DNA of 32,000 nt, from assembly GCF_018398935.1 (NCBI RefSeq), contig NZ_CP074694.1, forward strand, positions 1,950,001 to 1,982,000. Direction: 5' to 3'. The notes under the pieces are model-generated. The model worked only from the letters and a program-made list of their open reading frames with translations. It was not told the origin of the DNA and searched no databases. This DNA is from Telmatocola sphagniphila (GTDB lineage Bacteria > Planctomycetota > Planctomycetia > Gemmatales > Gemmataceae). Made by a program: the position numbers and the translations under genes. Positions 1 to 10,019 of the stretch are shown one piece after another. Each line of letters opens with the position of its first letter. Position 1 is the first letter of the stretch.

Positions 1-712
1 TGAAGTTCAACTGCCGACACGCCCGCAGAATCGGTTTCTTCGCATAGCCGCCATCCGCCACGATCCAGACTGCTTTCCCCGGAGAAAACAAAGACTTCGA
101 GAGCCATTGCAGGATCTCCACCGCCAGTTGCAGCTTGGTCCGAAACTTCCACTGGTACTTGCGGGGAAGCGTCGCGACCTCTTTCTGGCGGACGTATAAC
201 TGGGCTCGCAAAGGCAAGCCGATAATGCCGTGGAGAGGATGCCAGGCCAATAAAGCCGCCACGACGAAGTTCTGCCCGTATTCGAGCAACTGTCCGATTG
301 GACCCGGAGTCGGATTGTGGTGAATTCCGGCCCCTTCGACCTTCGGACCGTAACGTTTGGTGAGGGTGTCATCCAGAGCAATCACGATCTTCTCGGATTG
401 GGCCGCCGGGTGTTTGAGAACCAGTCGTCCCACGGCGGTACTCATCGAAAGGGATTCTCGACCGACCGCTGCAAGGTGCCGGTAGGCCGACTTGTACTTT
501 CGACGGATACCGGCGGCTCGGAACCATCGGGAGGCGGTGCGTCGCTGGTCCTGAGCGAGGAACATGCCGCGGAAGATACGCACGGTTAGCGACTGGATTC
601 GAGCATCCAAAAAGAAGACCAGGGCGGAAAAAGCACTGGACAGAAAGGAGGGAAAACGAGATACTTCCATGGCCGGTGCCTTCCTGGCTTGATGTTTTTT
701 AAGCACCACCAT
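1..712 (-). CDS. DDE transposase, N-terminal ~237 codons (runs off the window edge)
   Basis: The start codon (cat at 710-712) lies 82 nt inside the IS end, as in copy B. It is the same reading frame as the 458-aa ORF at 29039-30415 (MVVLKKHQARKAP...). It is absent from the ORF track because no stop falls in the window. Confidence 0.85.
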   Translation of the reverse strand, partial: MVVLKKHQARKAPAMEVSRFPSFLSSAFSALVFFLDARIQSLTVRIFRGMFLAQDQRRTASRWFRAAGIRRKYKSAYRHLAAVGRESLSMSTAVGRLVLKHPAAQSEKIVIALDDTLTKRYGPKVEGAGIHHNPTPGPIGQLLEYGQNFVVAALLAWHPLHGIIGLPLRAQLYVRQKEVATLPRKYQWKFRTKLQLAVEILQWLSKSLFSPGKAVWIVADGGYAKKPILRACRQLNF

Positions 713-794
713 GCTGACGGAAGCACCGGCTTTTTCAAGAACAATTCAAATTCCCAATACCCCTAAATTGTTAAGACTTTCTGGGAAAGTGCAG
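1..794 (-). mobile_element. Window-truncated copy A of a ~1.48-kb IS (IS4/IS701-like DDE superfamily, family unresolved), inverted relative to copy B at 28957-30434
   Basis: The reverse complement of 1-794 aligns base-for-base with 28957-29750. I saw at least 4 single-base differences. The terminal sequence tctgggaaagtgcag at 780-794 is the inverse of ctgcactttcccaga at 28957-28971. Confidence 0.9.
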
Positions 795-866
795 AAACTG
801 TTATAAAAAGCGCAAATATCGCAGAGATATGGCGATTTTATAATTTCAAATAGTTATTCGAACACA

Positions 867-2042
867 CCTAGTGTAGTGTCTCACACAGAATGTGTTTTAT
901 CCAAGGTAGCCCTCGCCCGGCGGACTTTCTCCAGAATAGCCTCGGCTTTGGCGGTCCACTGGAATCCCTTTCCTGTGTTATTGTGATGATCGATGTAGCC
1001 TTCAATCCCCTGGATTAATTGCGGCACAAATCGAAATGTGCCTCGACGCAGTCGTTTGTCTGTTAAGTCGCGAAACCAGCGTTCCACCAGATTCATCCAG
1101 GAACTGCTCGTGGGGGTGAAATGCATGTGGAATCGAGGATGCCGGGCGAGCCAACGCTGAACTTTGGGATGCTTGTACGTGGCAGGTTTGTCCACGATCA
1201 AATGCAAGTCCAAGGCCGGATCGGTGGCAGCATCGATCCGTTTGAGAAACTTGATCCATTCCTGGTGTCGATGTCGTGGCATGCATTCGCCAATTACTAC
1301 GCCTTCCGCCACGTTCAAAGCCGCGAAGAGAGTGGTGGTGCCATGACCCATGTAATCGTGAGTCAGAGTGCCGCAACGGCCGGGCACCATGGGCAAGCTT
1401 TTTTGCGTGCGATCAAGGGCTTGTATCTGACTCTTCTCATCGCAACTCAGCACCAGGGCGTGCTCGGGAGGGTTCAAGTACAAGCCCACTACGTCCCACA
1501 GTTTCTCGGCAAATTGAGGATCATTCGATACCTTGAAGGTCTTATGCAAGTGCGGCTTCAAGTTGTGGGACGACCAAACCCGCTGCACGGTGGCTTTGCT
1601 CACTCCCACCTCTTGGGCCATCGTTCGCGTGCTCCAATGAGTCGCACCGGATGGTTTCTCCTGAGTGGTCTTGCGGAGAATTTCTTCGACGACTTTCCCG
1701 CTGATCGCTGGCGTTCGACCCGGTCGCGAAGCATCCCGTTCGATACCCGCCAAACGCAGCTTCGCAAATCGGGTCCGCCAGCGCGCCACCGTGGGCTTCG
1801 ACGTGCCGCACTGCTGAGCAATGTCCTTGTTCCGTACACCCGCGGCCGCCGCGAGTATGATCTTCGCCCGAAGGACCAGCCGAGCGGGAGTACTTCGTCC
1901 CCGAGACCAAGAAGTCAAAGTTTGTCGTTCCTCCTCGGACAGCGAAATTGGCAGCGCGACTTTCATGGGTTTTCTCCTTCTCTATTGAGTAAACCGCAAA
2001 AAGGAGCTAAAAGTAACGCTATTTCTGAGACACTACACTAGG
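867..2042 (-). mobile_element. IS630-family insertion sequence
   Basis: A 17-bp perfect inverted repeat: cctagtgtagtgtctca at 867-883 and tgagacactacactagg at 2026-2042. The core 871-2038 is flanked by TA at 869-870 and 2039-2040, the usual IS630/Tc1 target duplication. It contains one transposase ORF. Confidence 0.85.
881..1966 (-). CDS. IS630 family transposase (361 aa)
   Basis: N-terminal HTH region ([35 protein letters not shown]). DDE region with [26 protein letters not shown] and [12 protein letters not shown], typical of IS630 transposases. The second-Asp motif is atypical (DKPATYKH rather than DN..THK). Confidence 0.9.
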   Translation of the reverse strand: MKVALPISLSEEERQTLTSWSRGRSTPARLVLRAKIILAAAAGVRNKDIAQQCGTSKPTVARWRTRFAKLRLAGIERDASRPGRTPAISGKVVEEILRKTTQEKPSGATHWSTRTMAQEVGVSKATVQRVWSSHNLKPHLHKTFKVSNDPQFAEKLWDVVGLYLNPPEHALVLSCDEKSQIQALDRTQKSLPMVPGRCGTLTHDYMGHGTTTLFAALNVAEGVVIGECMPRHRHQEWIKFLKRIDAATDPALDLHLIVDKPATYKHPKVQRWLARHPRFHMHFTPTSSSWMNLVERWFRDLTDKRLRRGTFRFVPQLIQGIEGYIDHHNNTGKGFQWTAKAEAILEKVRRARATLDKTHSV

Positions 2043-2043
2043 C

Positions 2044-2080
2044 CTGCCCCTTTCCCGTCCCCCAAATCCTTTCACACCTA
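2044..2080. repeat. 37-bp fragment about 92% identical (34/37) to an internal segment of the ISL3-type transposase gene at 14351-14387
   Basis: ctgcccctttcccgtcccccaaatcctttcacaccta compared with ctgcccctttcccgtccctcaaagcctttcccaccta. It is wedged between the IS630 right end and the IS701-like left end. Confidence 0.6.
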
Positions 2081-2081
2081 G

Positions 2082-3180
2082 TATTACTCCGTTAGCAAAG
2101 ATGGCTGTCTTTGACAAGCGACGGAACAGATTGTCTGCAGAGCGGGCATCGGGCGCACCAGCAAGCTAAGAGGGATTGCATTTGTTCCCGCAATTTGGGC
2201 AACGTTAGTCGGATGCTATTTTTTTTTGGCCACTTCGCCGGATATTTTGGAGGAATGCGTACGCCATCAAGACCAGCACGACGTGGTGATTCCAGCCTCT
2301 CCAAGAACGACCTTCGAAGTTATCCAAACCGAGTTCGTCTTTGAGTTCTCGATAGCTGTGTTCGATGCCCCATCGATTCTTGGCCCTCGAAACCAGTTGT
2401 TTTAGGCTTGTATCCGCAGGAAGATTGCTGAAGAAATATTTGGCGGGTTATGCTTCGCTTTCTGGCCATTCGGCGAGTAACGAGCAGGGGGCGAGTGGCT
2501 CTTTTCCGGCCGACAGTCGGCGAGGACAATTCCCCGAAAGCCGTTAGCCCCGGCGTGACGCAGCATCGTCAGGGCCATTTGCCATTTCAGCCGATACGGG
2601 ATCGAGTCCGGTATTCCTGCTTTTGCCATTCGAGCGGAATCTTCAGTCCAGACTGCGGGTAAATAAAGCTGGGCCTCCAGCCCTACAACTTCTGCCTGAG
2701 TAGCGAATTGCCATGCAACAGCCACTCGGCAACTCGCTACTTTACCGAGTGTCCCCGCATATTGACGGGCGACGCCGACGGAATGCACGCCCTGTTTGGG
2801 GAATCCGATATCGTCGATGAGGCGCGTACCGTCTGTGCCGAATTGCCGCGCGATCCATCTTTGTAGGTCAGCTATTACGGCCTGTTCCTCCTAAGAGCTT
2901 TGATTGAGAAATTGCTGCAAAGCTTGTTCGTAGTCGTTCTTGCCCTGCTCGATCGCTTGGAGGCGAGCCGCCATTGGTTCAACGCTCTTGCATTGACCGT
3001 CCAGCAAAAAGCCTCGAAAGTAACACTCGCACCAACGACGCCGACGAGGGTGTGCTAAACTCGCCGCAACTTGATCCAGAAATGCAGTGAGATCATTCTT
3101 ATGTTTCGCAAGCTTCCGAGCATCGATCTCAAGAATATAGCTAAGCTGCAAAAATGCGCAAGTCCTGTAGCGGAGTAATA
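2082..3180 (-). mobile_element. Degenerate, internally shortened IS701-like element
   Basis: Terminal inverted repeat tattactccg (2082-2091) / cggagtaata (3171-3180), flanked by CTAG at 2078-2081 and 3181-3184 (a possible 4-bp palindromic target duplication). At ~1.1 kb it is shorter than typical IS701 elements, and its transposase is broken into several frames. Confidence 0.65.
2092..3180 (-). pseudogene. IS701-like transposase pseudogene (frameshifted, internally deleted)
   Basis: Three pieces lie in different minus-strand frames. The first is ...FLDQVAASLAHPRRRRWCECYFRGFLLDGQCKSVEPMAARL...QALQQFLNQS. The second is GVARQYAGTLGKVASCRVAVAWQFA...LYLPAVWTEDSARMAKAGIPDSIPYRLKWQMAL. The third is the C-terminal RWGIEHSYRELKDELGLDNFEGRSWRGWNHH, read by hand around 2290-2380. 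Confidence 0.75.
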
Positions 3181-3185
3181 CTAGG

Positions 3186-3661
3186 GGCAGAAGTTGCTTC
3201 ACCTCCGGTACGTATGCCGGAGTGCTGTCAACAGCTACTGGAAGGGCGTTTGCGTCTACCAGAAAGTGCTGTTTGAGACAGGCACGCCCTCAATCAGTAG
3301 GATTTTTGCCACTTCCCTGAACTCCACTGAAAGCTCGGACAAGACTGCCGTCAACGACAGCCCGCGATCAATCTATCCGTCCCGCATAGTCGAGTTTCTG
3401 TAGCAAAATCTGATGGAAAGAATGCCAGCCTCATTCCATTCATGTGAACGGCGTAGACAGCTGCGAACACAGCCACAGTCCAATTCGGCGGGGCAGTTGA
3501 TTCCAAGGTATGTTGAATCGCAGAACAAAAATTATCCCAGTTAAAGTCTGTCGATCTTCCAATCGCTTTCGACCCGGATTTCGAAAACTACGCTTTTTAG
3601 GGACGGGGATCAACGGTTGGAGAAGAGTCCTCAATTCGTTCGAGACTAGGAGTTTTGGCAT
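3186..3661 (-). pseudogene. IS5-family transposase remnant, truncated by the IS701-like insertion
   Basis: N-terminal ORF MPKLLVSNELRTLLQPLIPVPKKRSFRNPGRKRLEDRQTLTGIIFVLRFNIPWNQLP (DUF4096-type). After frameshifts it continues as HEWNEAG..LQKLDYAGRID*SRAVVDGSLVRAFSG...KNPTD*GRACLKQHFLVDANALPVAV, with two in-frame TGA codons. It ends abruptly at the IS701-like boundary. Confidence 0.7.
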
Positions 3662-3804
3662 AAGACAACTCCTATACTATCTCCATTACACCTTCAGGGG
3701 ATCTATAAAAATGCCCTTTTCTCACAGCTTCTAAGGAAAAGGGGCTAGTTCTTTCCAAGTACGGTTGTGATTTAAATAGTGAATGTGCGGGGCTTGGTGA
3801 TATA

Positions 3805-4794
3805 GTGATACTGAGTCCAATTCGATTCGATGCAGCAGGAGTTAGAACAGTGCAGCCTCTTGTGACTATCCCAATAGCCGCGTACAAGAGCCGACCCGAT
3901 CATTTGCAAATGGCCATCCAGAGCGCTCTATCGCAATCCATAAAAGATATCGAGATTATCGTATCGGATGATTCGCCTGACGACTCACTCAGGCGTATAG
4001 TCGATACCTTTCGGGATGCCCGAATCAGCTACCACCATAACAATCCAAGGCTAGGTGTCGCCAAGAATCACTGGCGAGCTTTTGAAAATGCCAGAGGCGA
4101 GTTTATCGCAGTACTAAACCATGACGATGTGATTGCTGTGAATTTCTTAGAGAAGCTGGTAAATCCGCTACTTGCCGATCCGAACTTGGCAATTGCATTT
4201 TGTGACCACTGGGTGATTGATCTGGAAGGGCGTCAACTCTTGGATGAATCCAATCACATAAAGCAGATCTGGGGCCGGGACAAAATTATTCCTGGTGTGG
4301 TAATGCCATTTTATCATTTATTTGTGGCACAATCTGTCCCAATGGTGATGGGAGCCGTCTTCCGTAAGAATTTGTTTCCATCGAATCCGCCTGATCTAGC
4401 CGGTCCTGCTTATGACTTATGGATGACATACCTACTCTGTCGTGAAGGCCGTGGAGCTTACTATACTCCAGAGCGGCTCAGCAGTTGGCGTGCGCACCCT
4501 AAAAATATCACTAGCCAAGGAGGTTTGGATTGGTTTTATGGCTCGGCGAAATGTTGGGCGACCGCTGGTCGAGATGCCAATTTTCTGCCTTACAAGTCAC
4601 AAATTCTCCGAAAAGCTGCTATAGGTTATTTTAATTGTGCACTCTTTGAATTAAGAAGAGGCAAAACGTGGAGTGCGTTCCTGTTTGGACTTCGGTCTAT
4701 TAAAACAAAACCTACTTCAAAAGGATTTACTGCCTGCCTTTTACCTGTACTTCCGAAACCAATACGATGTCGATTGCTCAGAAACAAAACTTAG
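3805..4794 (+). CDS. Family 2 glycosyltransferase (GT2)
   Basis: VTIPIAAYKSRPDHLQMAIQSALSQSIKDIEIIVSDDSPDDS...LGVAKNHWRAFENARGEFIAVLNHDDV is a GT-A fold N-terminus with DD and DxD-like motifs. The true start may be the GTG at 3850. The region looks visibly AT-richer than the rest of the window. Confidence 0.8.
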   Translation: MILSPIRFDAAGVRTVQPLVTIPIAAYKSRPDHLQMAIQSALSQSIKDIEIIVSDDSPDDSLRRIVDTFRDARISYHHNNPRLGVAKNHWRAFENARGEFIAVLNHDDVIAVNFLEKLVNPLLADPNLAIAFCDHWVIDLEGRQLLDESNHIKQIWGRDKIIPGVVMPFYHLFVAQSVPMVMGAVFRKNLFPSNPPDLAGPAYDLWMTYLLCREGRGAYYTPERLSSWRAHPKNITSQGGLDWFYGSAKCWATAGRDANFLPYKSQILRKAAIGYFNCALFELRRGKTWSAFLFGLRSIKTKPTSKGFTACLLPVLPKPIRCRLLRNKT

Positions 4795-5045
4795 CCAAAT
4801 TTGATTCTAGAACGGTTAGAAATATGCATCCTTACCAAGAGTAATCAGTTTTCAATATTATTTATAACTGATCATAATATTACCCTAAATACAATCGCAT
4901 GAGATAAATGAATTGTATTCCCATGGAAATGAATTAATCGCCTTGGCTTGGTGCATACTTCTTGTACTTCCTGAATCGATTTAGGTTCACAACATAAATT
5001 TTGTTGGCTAATTTAAACTGCTGGTCCTTCAACTAGCAGAACAAC

Positions 5046-5639
5046 TTGAGGTTCTCGTACATGCCACCCGATACGCGAATGTTTCGATCGCCTCCTCTCA
5101 CGTTTCCTAACATTCCTGCATTAGACGGGCTTCGAGCCGTGGCAGCTTGTCTAGTCTTGATTCATCATGGAAGTTATGGCCGATTGCCAGGGGGATGGAT
5201 CGGAGTAGATCTGTTCTTTGCGCTCTCGGGTTATCTGATCACGGGAATTCTTGCGGCAGAATTGTCACGAACGGGAAGGATACGATTCGGCCGATTTTAC
5301 ATCCGTCGTGTTTTAAGGCTTCTGCCTGCACTAATAGCTACAGTGTTGTTGGCGGGACTTCTTTGGCCAATAACCCCATTTAAAAGCCCTACTCCATCAT
5401 GGCTTGAGGCCGCTGCGGCTGCGTTGTTCTATGTCGCCAATCTTGTCCCTGCCGAATCCTTGGGGTCTCTGTCACACTGTTGGTCGTTAGCGATTGAAGA
5501 GCATTTTTATCTGCTCTGGCCACCAATACTGGCTGTCGCCTGGAGGCACGGAGGTCTACGTTTAGCGATTGTTCTCGCGGTTTCAGGGATGGCCGCTGTC
5601 GCCAGGGAAATCGCGCTTAAATTCCAAGAAAACATCTAA
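5046..5639 (+). pseudogene. Acyltransferase family 3 (OafA-like), 5' fragment interrupted by ISAs1
   Basis: ALDGLRAVAACLVLIHHG...GWIGVDLFFALSGYLITGIL...YIRRVLRLLPAL is the acyltransferase_3 N-terminal signature. Authentic coding ends at 5602. The rest of the ORF reads into the IS terminal repeat. The likely start is the ATG at 5061. Confidence 0.8.
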
Positions 5640-6894
5640 TGTCATTAATTGTATTGCGCATCGTTCTTCTTTAGTGGAGGATGTGGAAATCGCTCGCTAG
5701 ATCGCCCTGGGGTTCCTCGATGTTTCAGCTTTCCGAACTATCTCCCGCGCCGGCGAAAACTCCGTTGACCGATCTCCTCGTCCACTTCGCGGATTTGCCC
5801 GACCACCGCCTCGATCGTTGCCAACAACACACGCTTTCGGAAATCATTTTCATAGCCATTTGCGCCGCGGTTTCCGGAGCCAACGACTGGGTGGCCGTCG
5901 AAGCTTTCGGCGTGACCAAGATCGACTGGTTCCGGAAGTATCTCCCCTTGCCCAACGGCATCCCGAGCCATGACACTTTCGGCCGAGTTTTCCGCTATCT
6001 GGACACGGATGCTTTCGAGGCCTGCTTCGCTTCATGGATGGCGGAAATCTGCGTCGGGACCGACCTGCTTCAGGTGGCGATCGACGGCAAGACGATGCGT
6101 TCGTCAGGCGGTCCGGGTCAGAAGTGCCTGCACGTGGTCAGCGCGTTTGCGACGGCCAACCGCGTGACGCTGGGCCAAGAGGCGGTGGACGATAAATCGA
6201 ACGAGATCACCGCGATCCCGGAATTGCTGAAACGGCTGGACATTGCCGGAAAAATCGTGACTATCGACGCGATGGGCTGTCAAAAAAAAATCGCCGAGGC
6301 GGTGCGGGAACGGGACGCGGATTACCTGTTGGCGGTGAAGGACAATCAACCGACTCTCTTGGCCGAGATCAAGGCTCATTACTTCAAGCATTTGGAGTCC
6401 GGATTCGCCGATGTACCGACGACGTTCTGCGAATCGACGGAGAAGAATCGAGGCCGAGTGGAGTACCGTTCGTGCCTCGTGTTTTCGGACGTCAATTTCT
6501 TATCGATGAAGGACGATTGGAAAGGCTTGAAGACGGTGGTCGTGGTGGTGACCGACCGCCGAGAAAACCACAAGAGCGCGAGCGAAATCCGCTACTATAT
6601 TTGCAGCCGAGCGTCGGACGCTCCGGTGTTGGCGAAAGCGGTCCGGGAACATTGGACGATCGAGAATAATTTGCATTGGTCCTTGGATGTGACATTCGGC
6701 GACGACGACAGCCGGGTTCGAAAAGATAACGGCCCTCAGAATTTCGCCAGGATTAAAAGGTTGGCTCTGAGCATAGTAGCGAATGCGAGCGGCAAGGAAT
6801 CGATGGCAGTCAAACGACTGAAAGCCTGCGCCAGCGATGAACGCCGAGAATTAATTATTCGAGAATTCCTTCAGCTTTAAATGCGATTTCCCTG
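5603..6894 (+). mobile_element. ISAs1-family insertion sequence (1,292 bp) with a 10-bp target-site duplication
   Basis: Inverted repeat cagggaaatcgcgcttaaa (5603-5621) / tttaaatgcgatttccctg (6876-6894), 17/19 matches. Perfect direct repeat ccgctgtcgc at 5593-5602 and 6895-6904. Confidence 0.9.
5681..6880 (+). CDS. ISAs1 family transposase (H-repeat-associated type)
   Basis: LLVHFADLPDHRLDRCQQHTLSEIIFIAICAAVSGANDWVAVEAFG...GIPSHDTFGRVF...IDGKTMR...LHVVSAFATANRVTLGQEAVDDKSNEITAIPELL..L...GKIVTIDAMGCQKKIA is the characteristic ISAs1 layout. The real start may be the ATG at 5720. Confidence 0.9.
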   Translation: MWKSLARSPWGSSMFQLSELSPAPAKTPLTDLLVHFADLPDHRLDRCQQHTLSEIIFIAICAAVSGANDWVAVEAFGVTKIDWFRKYLPLPNGIPSHDTFGRVFRYLDTDAFEACFASWMAEICVGTDLLQVAIDGKTMRSSGGPGQKCLHVVSAFATANRVTLGQEAVDDKSNEITAIPELLKRLDIAGKIVTIDAMGCQKKIAEAVRERDADYLLAVKDNQPTLLAEIKAHYFKHLESGFADVPTTFCESTEKNRGRVEYRSCLVFSDVNFLSMKDDWKGLKTVVVVVTDRRENHKSASEIRYYICSRASDAPVLAKAVREHWTIENNLHWSLDVTFGDDDSRVRKDNGPQNFARIKRLALSIVANASGKESMAVKRLKACASDERRELIIREFLQL

Positions 6895-6904
6895 CCGCTG
6901 TCGC

Positions 6905-7457
6905 GGTATTTCGGTATGTTGGAGGCGCTACATGGTTTGGTTTTTCATCGTATCGCTTTACATTAACTCGGGCTGATGCGCTGCTAGCGGGGTGTTCGGC
7001 AGCCTTTATTTGTCCTCCCTCCGAGTCGAAGAGTAGAAGGCGATATTTCGCTGACATTCTTATAATCCTTGGCCTGACAGGCCTTCTAATTTTTAGCTTG
7101 AATGTAGATTCCCACGCTGCATGGCTTGTGCCTTATGGATACCTATTGATTGCGATCGCTTGCGCATGTTTGGTGACCGCCGTAACTAACTCGTATCGAA
7201 TCGCGACACTTCTTAGGTTCCAAGCGTTTCTCTGGCTAGGCCGAAGGAGTTATGGGATCTACCTTTACCATTTTCCAATATTTGATGCGTTGGAATCCTA
7301 TCGAGTGGAAAAATCTGTTACCAATGCGGTTTGGATTACCGTTGCTCGAGTAGGAATCACTCTTTTAGTTGCAGCTTTATCTTATCGCTATCTGGAGTCG
7401 CCATTGCTAAGACTTAAGGATCGTTTCGCAAGCCGAAACGAAAGCGAAAGTGCCTAA
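6905..7457 (+). pseudogene. Acyltransferase family 3, 3' fragment
   Basis: After removing the IS and one TSD copy, the frame of 5061-5602 continues directly: ...GMAAVA|VFRYVGGATWFGFSSYRFTLTRADALLAGC...LWLGRRSYGIYLYHFPIF...SYRYLESPLLRLK. The reconstructed protein is about 365 aa. Confidence 0.8.
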
Positions 7458-7639
7458 TTTAAGAAGAACCAATGTCGCTCTTTGTGCTTATATAAAAAGA
7501 ATCTGTTGTTTCAGTCTTTTAAACGACTGGAATTCATCATCTCTACCCAAAGCCCCGGTTTTAGCATGAGTTTCAATCTCCTTTTCCGGATTGGCGAGTG
7601 GTTCCAACTTGGCAAAGCGAGTTGTCTCTGGCTCACCTC

Positions 7640-8223
7640 GTGGGAAACGGATTTCCTAAACCGTTCCTCCTCCAGATGGAAGTTCTCTGGAACGCGAGAG
7701 GATACGGGAGTATGTTGATCGGGAGAGGCATTTCGTCCGGGGCCGTCGCTGCCTGTTGGTCATCGCCGAACGGGTCGAACCCCCCTGTGTTGTTCTCCAG
7801 CACAACAAACTGCATTTAGATCTGCGATCGGACCCGACACCCAAAAGTGTCATGCCGTATTAGACGCTTGGTATAGGGAACCGGTGCGGCTTACCCTGCC
7901 GGACTTGATAGATAAGTGGCAACCGATTTTGGGAGTCGAGGCCACCTAGCTTCTATGTGCAGCGGATGCGATCAAAATAGGGAAGCTGCAACCCGACTGC
8001 CCGCACCATCCGGATAAACACCGACTTGGCGAAGAAACCGAGGGAATGTCTATAATACATTGTCGTTCACGAACTGGTTCATTTGTTGGAGCCAACGCAT
8101 AATGCCCAGTTCGTGGCCCTGAGGAACCATTTCAGGCCACGATGGCATGACCACCGCAACGTCCTCAATCGCCTGCAGCTGGGCCACGAGATTGGGAGTA
8201 TCAGGAGTCAACTCGCCCTTTAA
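7640..8223 (+). pseudogene. YgjP/DUF45-like (SprT-like) zinc metallopeptidase pseudogene
   Basis: Hand translation gives REYVDRERHFVRGRRCLLVIAE..., then a frameshift to HAVLDAWYREPVRLTLPDLIDKWQPILGVEAT. A second frameshift leads to SFYVQRMRSK*GSCNPTARTIRINTDLAKKPRECL*YIVVHELVHLLEPTHNAQFVAL. The HExxH motif is intact. There are two frameshifts and two in-frame stops: TAG where the family has Trp, and TAA where Glu is expected. The left boundary is approximate. Confidence 0.6.
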
Positions 8224-8537
8224 ATTGCCTACTCCTCTTCAGTTGATTAAATTCGTTTTCGTAAATGCAAAATTGTTGTCGATTTCCGCTCAATTTGAAA
8301 TATTTACAATGAAATTTGCAATCTGAGTGGGAGTAAGCGAAATACTCCCTGCCCTGAGACCCAGAAGCATTTTTTCGTGACTTGCGGAAGCGCACGGTTC
8401 CTGCAACGGCCCAGTTCTACAACGAGATCGCACGAATCGGATCGCTGTTGCAGGCATTTCATCAGAGAGCTTACGACTTTAGACTATTCATCTGACGATG
8501 ACGACGTTAGCCAAGCCCTCACGCTTGAGATCGAATG

Positions 8538-10019
8538 TCATGCGGTGTAAATACTTCCGCCCTCTAACCGCCGCCGCAACCCTGCTTCCAAGCCCCGAAT
8601 TTCCCGGAGAAAAAATTCAATAGTGATTGTGAATGAAATCAAGAAAAAATGGCTCTTCCGTTTCTTGGTGTAGCATCCAGAGAAATGCTTCTGGATCTGG
8701 TTGACGAAGCCGCGAATCTCCGCAACGGTCGGCCCTAATTTTTTCGCAGCCCAATTCACGTCCAGGAGTATTCTCGTCCAGAGCGTAGTTAGACTCTGAA
8801 TTCCATAACTCCGACGTAGCACTACCCGAATCTTGGTATTGAGTCCTTCCACCGGGCCGCTGCTTTTGCGTTCCTCGAAGTAGGCTAAGATCCCCTCCCA
8901 GTTATTCTTGAGCATCGTGATGAACGGCTCCCAATCCATCTCGATCTCGCGGGCCTGGACGATCCAATCTTCCAACAGTCGCGAGGCTTCGGCTCGGTTC
9001 GGGGCACTATCGAAGATCTTGGTCGCCTCCCAACGCAGATGGTAGATCGTTCCCAACGAAGGCACCTTCTCGAACAAATCCTCGAGGGCCTGGACCTGCT
9101 CCGGATTCAAATCCTCCGGACGACGCCGGAAGTCGTGCATCTGAGAACGCAGCTTCTTGCGGGCTTCCCCGCTCAAACTTCGCTTGTAGGCTCGATAGTT
9201 TTTTCGCAGATCGTCCGCCACCTCACCCAATTTCTTGGCGACGTGAAAGCGATCTATCACCGACTGGCTGTTGGGTAAATGCACGCCGCAGGCTTTCAAA
9301 TACGCCGGGCTCATGTCCGTATGATGCCAACGCACCGCCGACCGTTGCTCGGCCGACAAATGCTCCAAACACGCTCGCCCCGCTGCTTCGTCGCGACCCT
9401 TGGACAGAGCCAGAATCTCCGGACGCTCCGCATTCGTCAGGTCTGTGAGAATGGTCGCATATCCCTTATGCCCCTTACGCAGGCTGATCTCATCCAGACC
9501 CAAACGCTCGATCTTCCGCTGGGGATCGATCTGCTTCGCCTTGGCGTCCTCTATCCGGTTCTTGACGATTCGCTCCACCGTTTCCGCGGCGATCCCCAAA
9601 CGCACTGCCACGTCTTCGGCTGTGCTCCCGATCAGACTGACCAGCACCTGCTCCTCGAAGCGAAACGTATATTTCACATCCCGACGCTTGAACGGCGGCA
9701 ACAGCGATTGACGGTGACCGCACGACGGACAGCGGTGATACACCTCCTGGTACACGAAAAAGCTCGGCTTACCCCACAAATCCAGATCGCGGATGCTCAG
9801 AAACTTGTTCTTCTCCACCAATTGAAGCCGAGACTCTCGCTGGCATGTCTCGCAACAAAGATTGTCGGGCAACTGCCAACTCACGTGAAAGGCGTGGCCC
9901 CCGTCGATGCGTTCGTATTCGCCAACGCTCACTCCGGCAGGGATGTCCATGTCTATGGCAATGGTAGTCGTTGTCATCGGCTCTTCCGTGAACCAGGAAA
10001 AGGGTACTCTCGATTGCAA
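8538..10019 (-). CDS. ISL3 family transposase
   Basis: Zinc-finger N-terminus (CCETCQ...CPSCGH), HTH region, and DDE_Tnp_ISL3-type core (LGLDEISLRKGHKGYATILTDL...HTDMSPAY...VIDRFHVAKKL...GPVEGLNTKIRVVLRRSYG). The likely true start is MTTTT at 9977. The last ~37 codons appear to read out past a candidate IS end at 8651. Confidence 0.9.
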   Translation of the reverse strand: MQSRVPFSWFTEEPMTTTTIAIDMDIPAGVSVGEYERIDGGHAFHVSWQLPDNLCCETCQRESRLQLVEKNKFLSIRDLDLWGKPSFFVYQEVYHRCPSCGHRQSLLPPFKRRDVKYTFRFEEQVLVSLIGSTAEDVAVRLGIAAETVERIVKNRIEDAKAKQIDPQRKIERLGLDEISLRKGHKGYATILTDLTNAERPEILALSKGRDEAAGRACLEHLSAEQRSAVRWHHTDMSPAYLKACGVHLPNSQSVIDRFHVAKKLGEVADDLRKNYRAYKRSLSGEARKKLRSQMHDFRRRPEDLNPEQVQALEDLFEKVPSLGTIYHLRWEATKIFDSAPNRAEASRLLEDWIVQAREIEMDWEPFITMLKNNWEGILAYFEERKSSGPVEGLNTKIRVVLRRSYGIQSLTTLWTRILLDVNWAAKKLGPTVAEIRGFVNQIQKHFSGCYTKKRKSHFFLISFTITIEFFLREIRGLEAGLRRRLEGGSIYTA

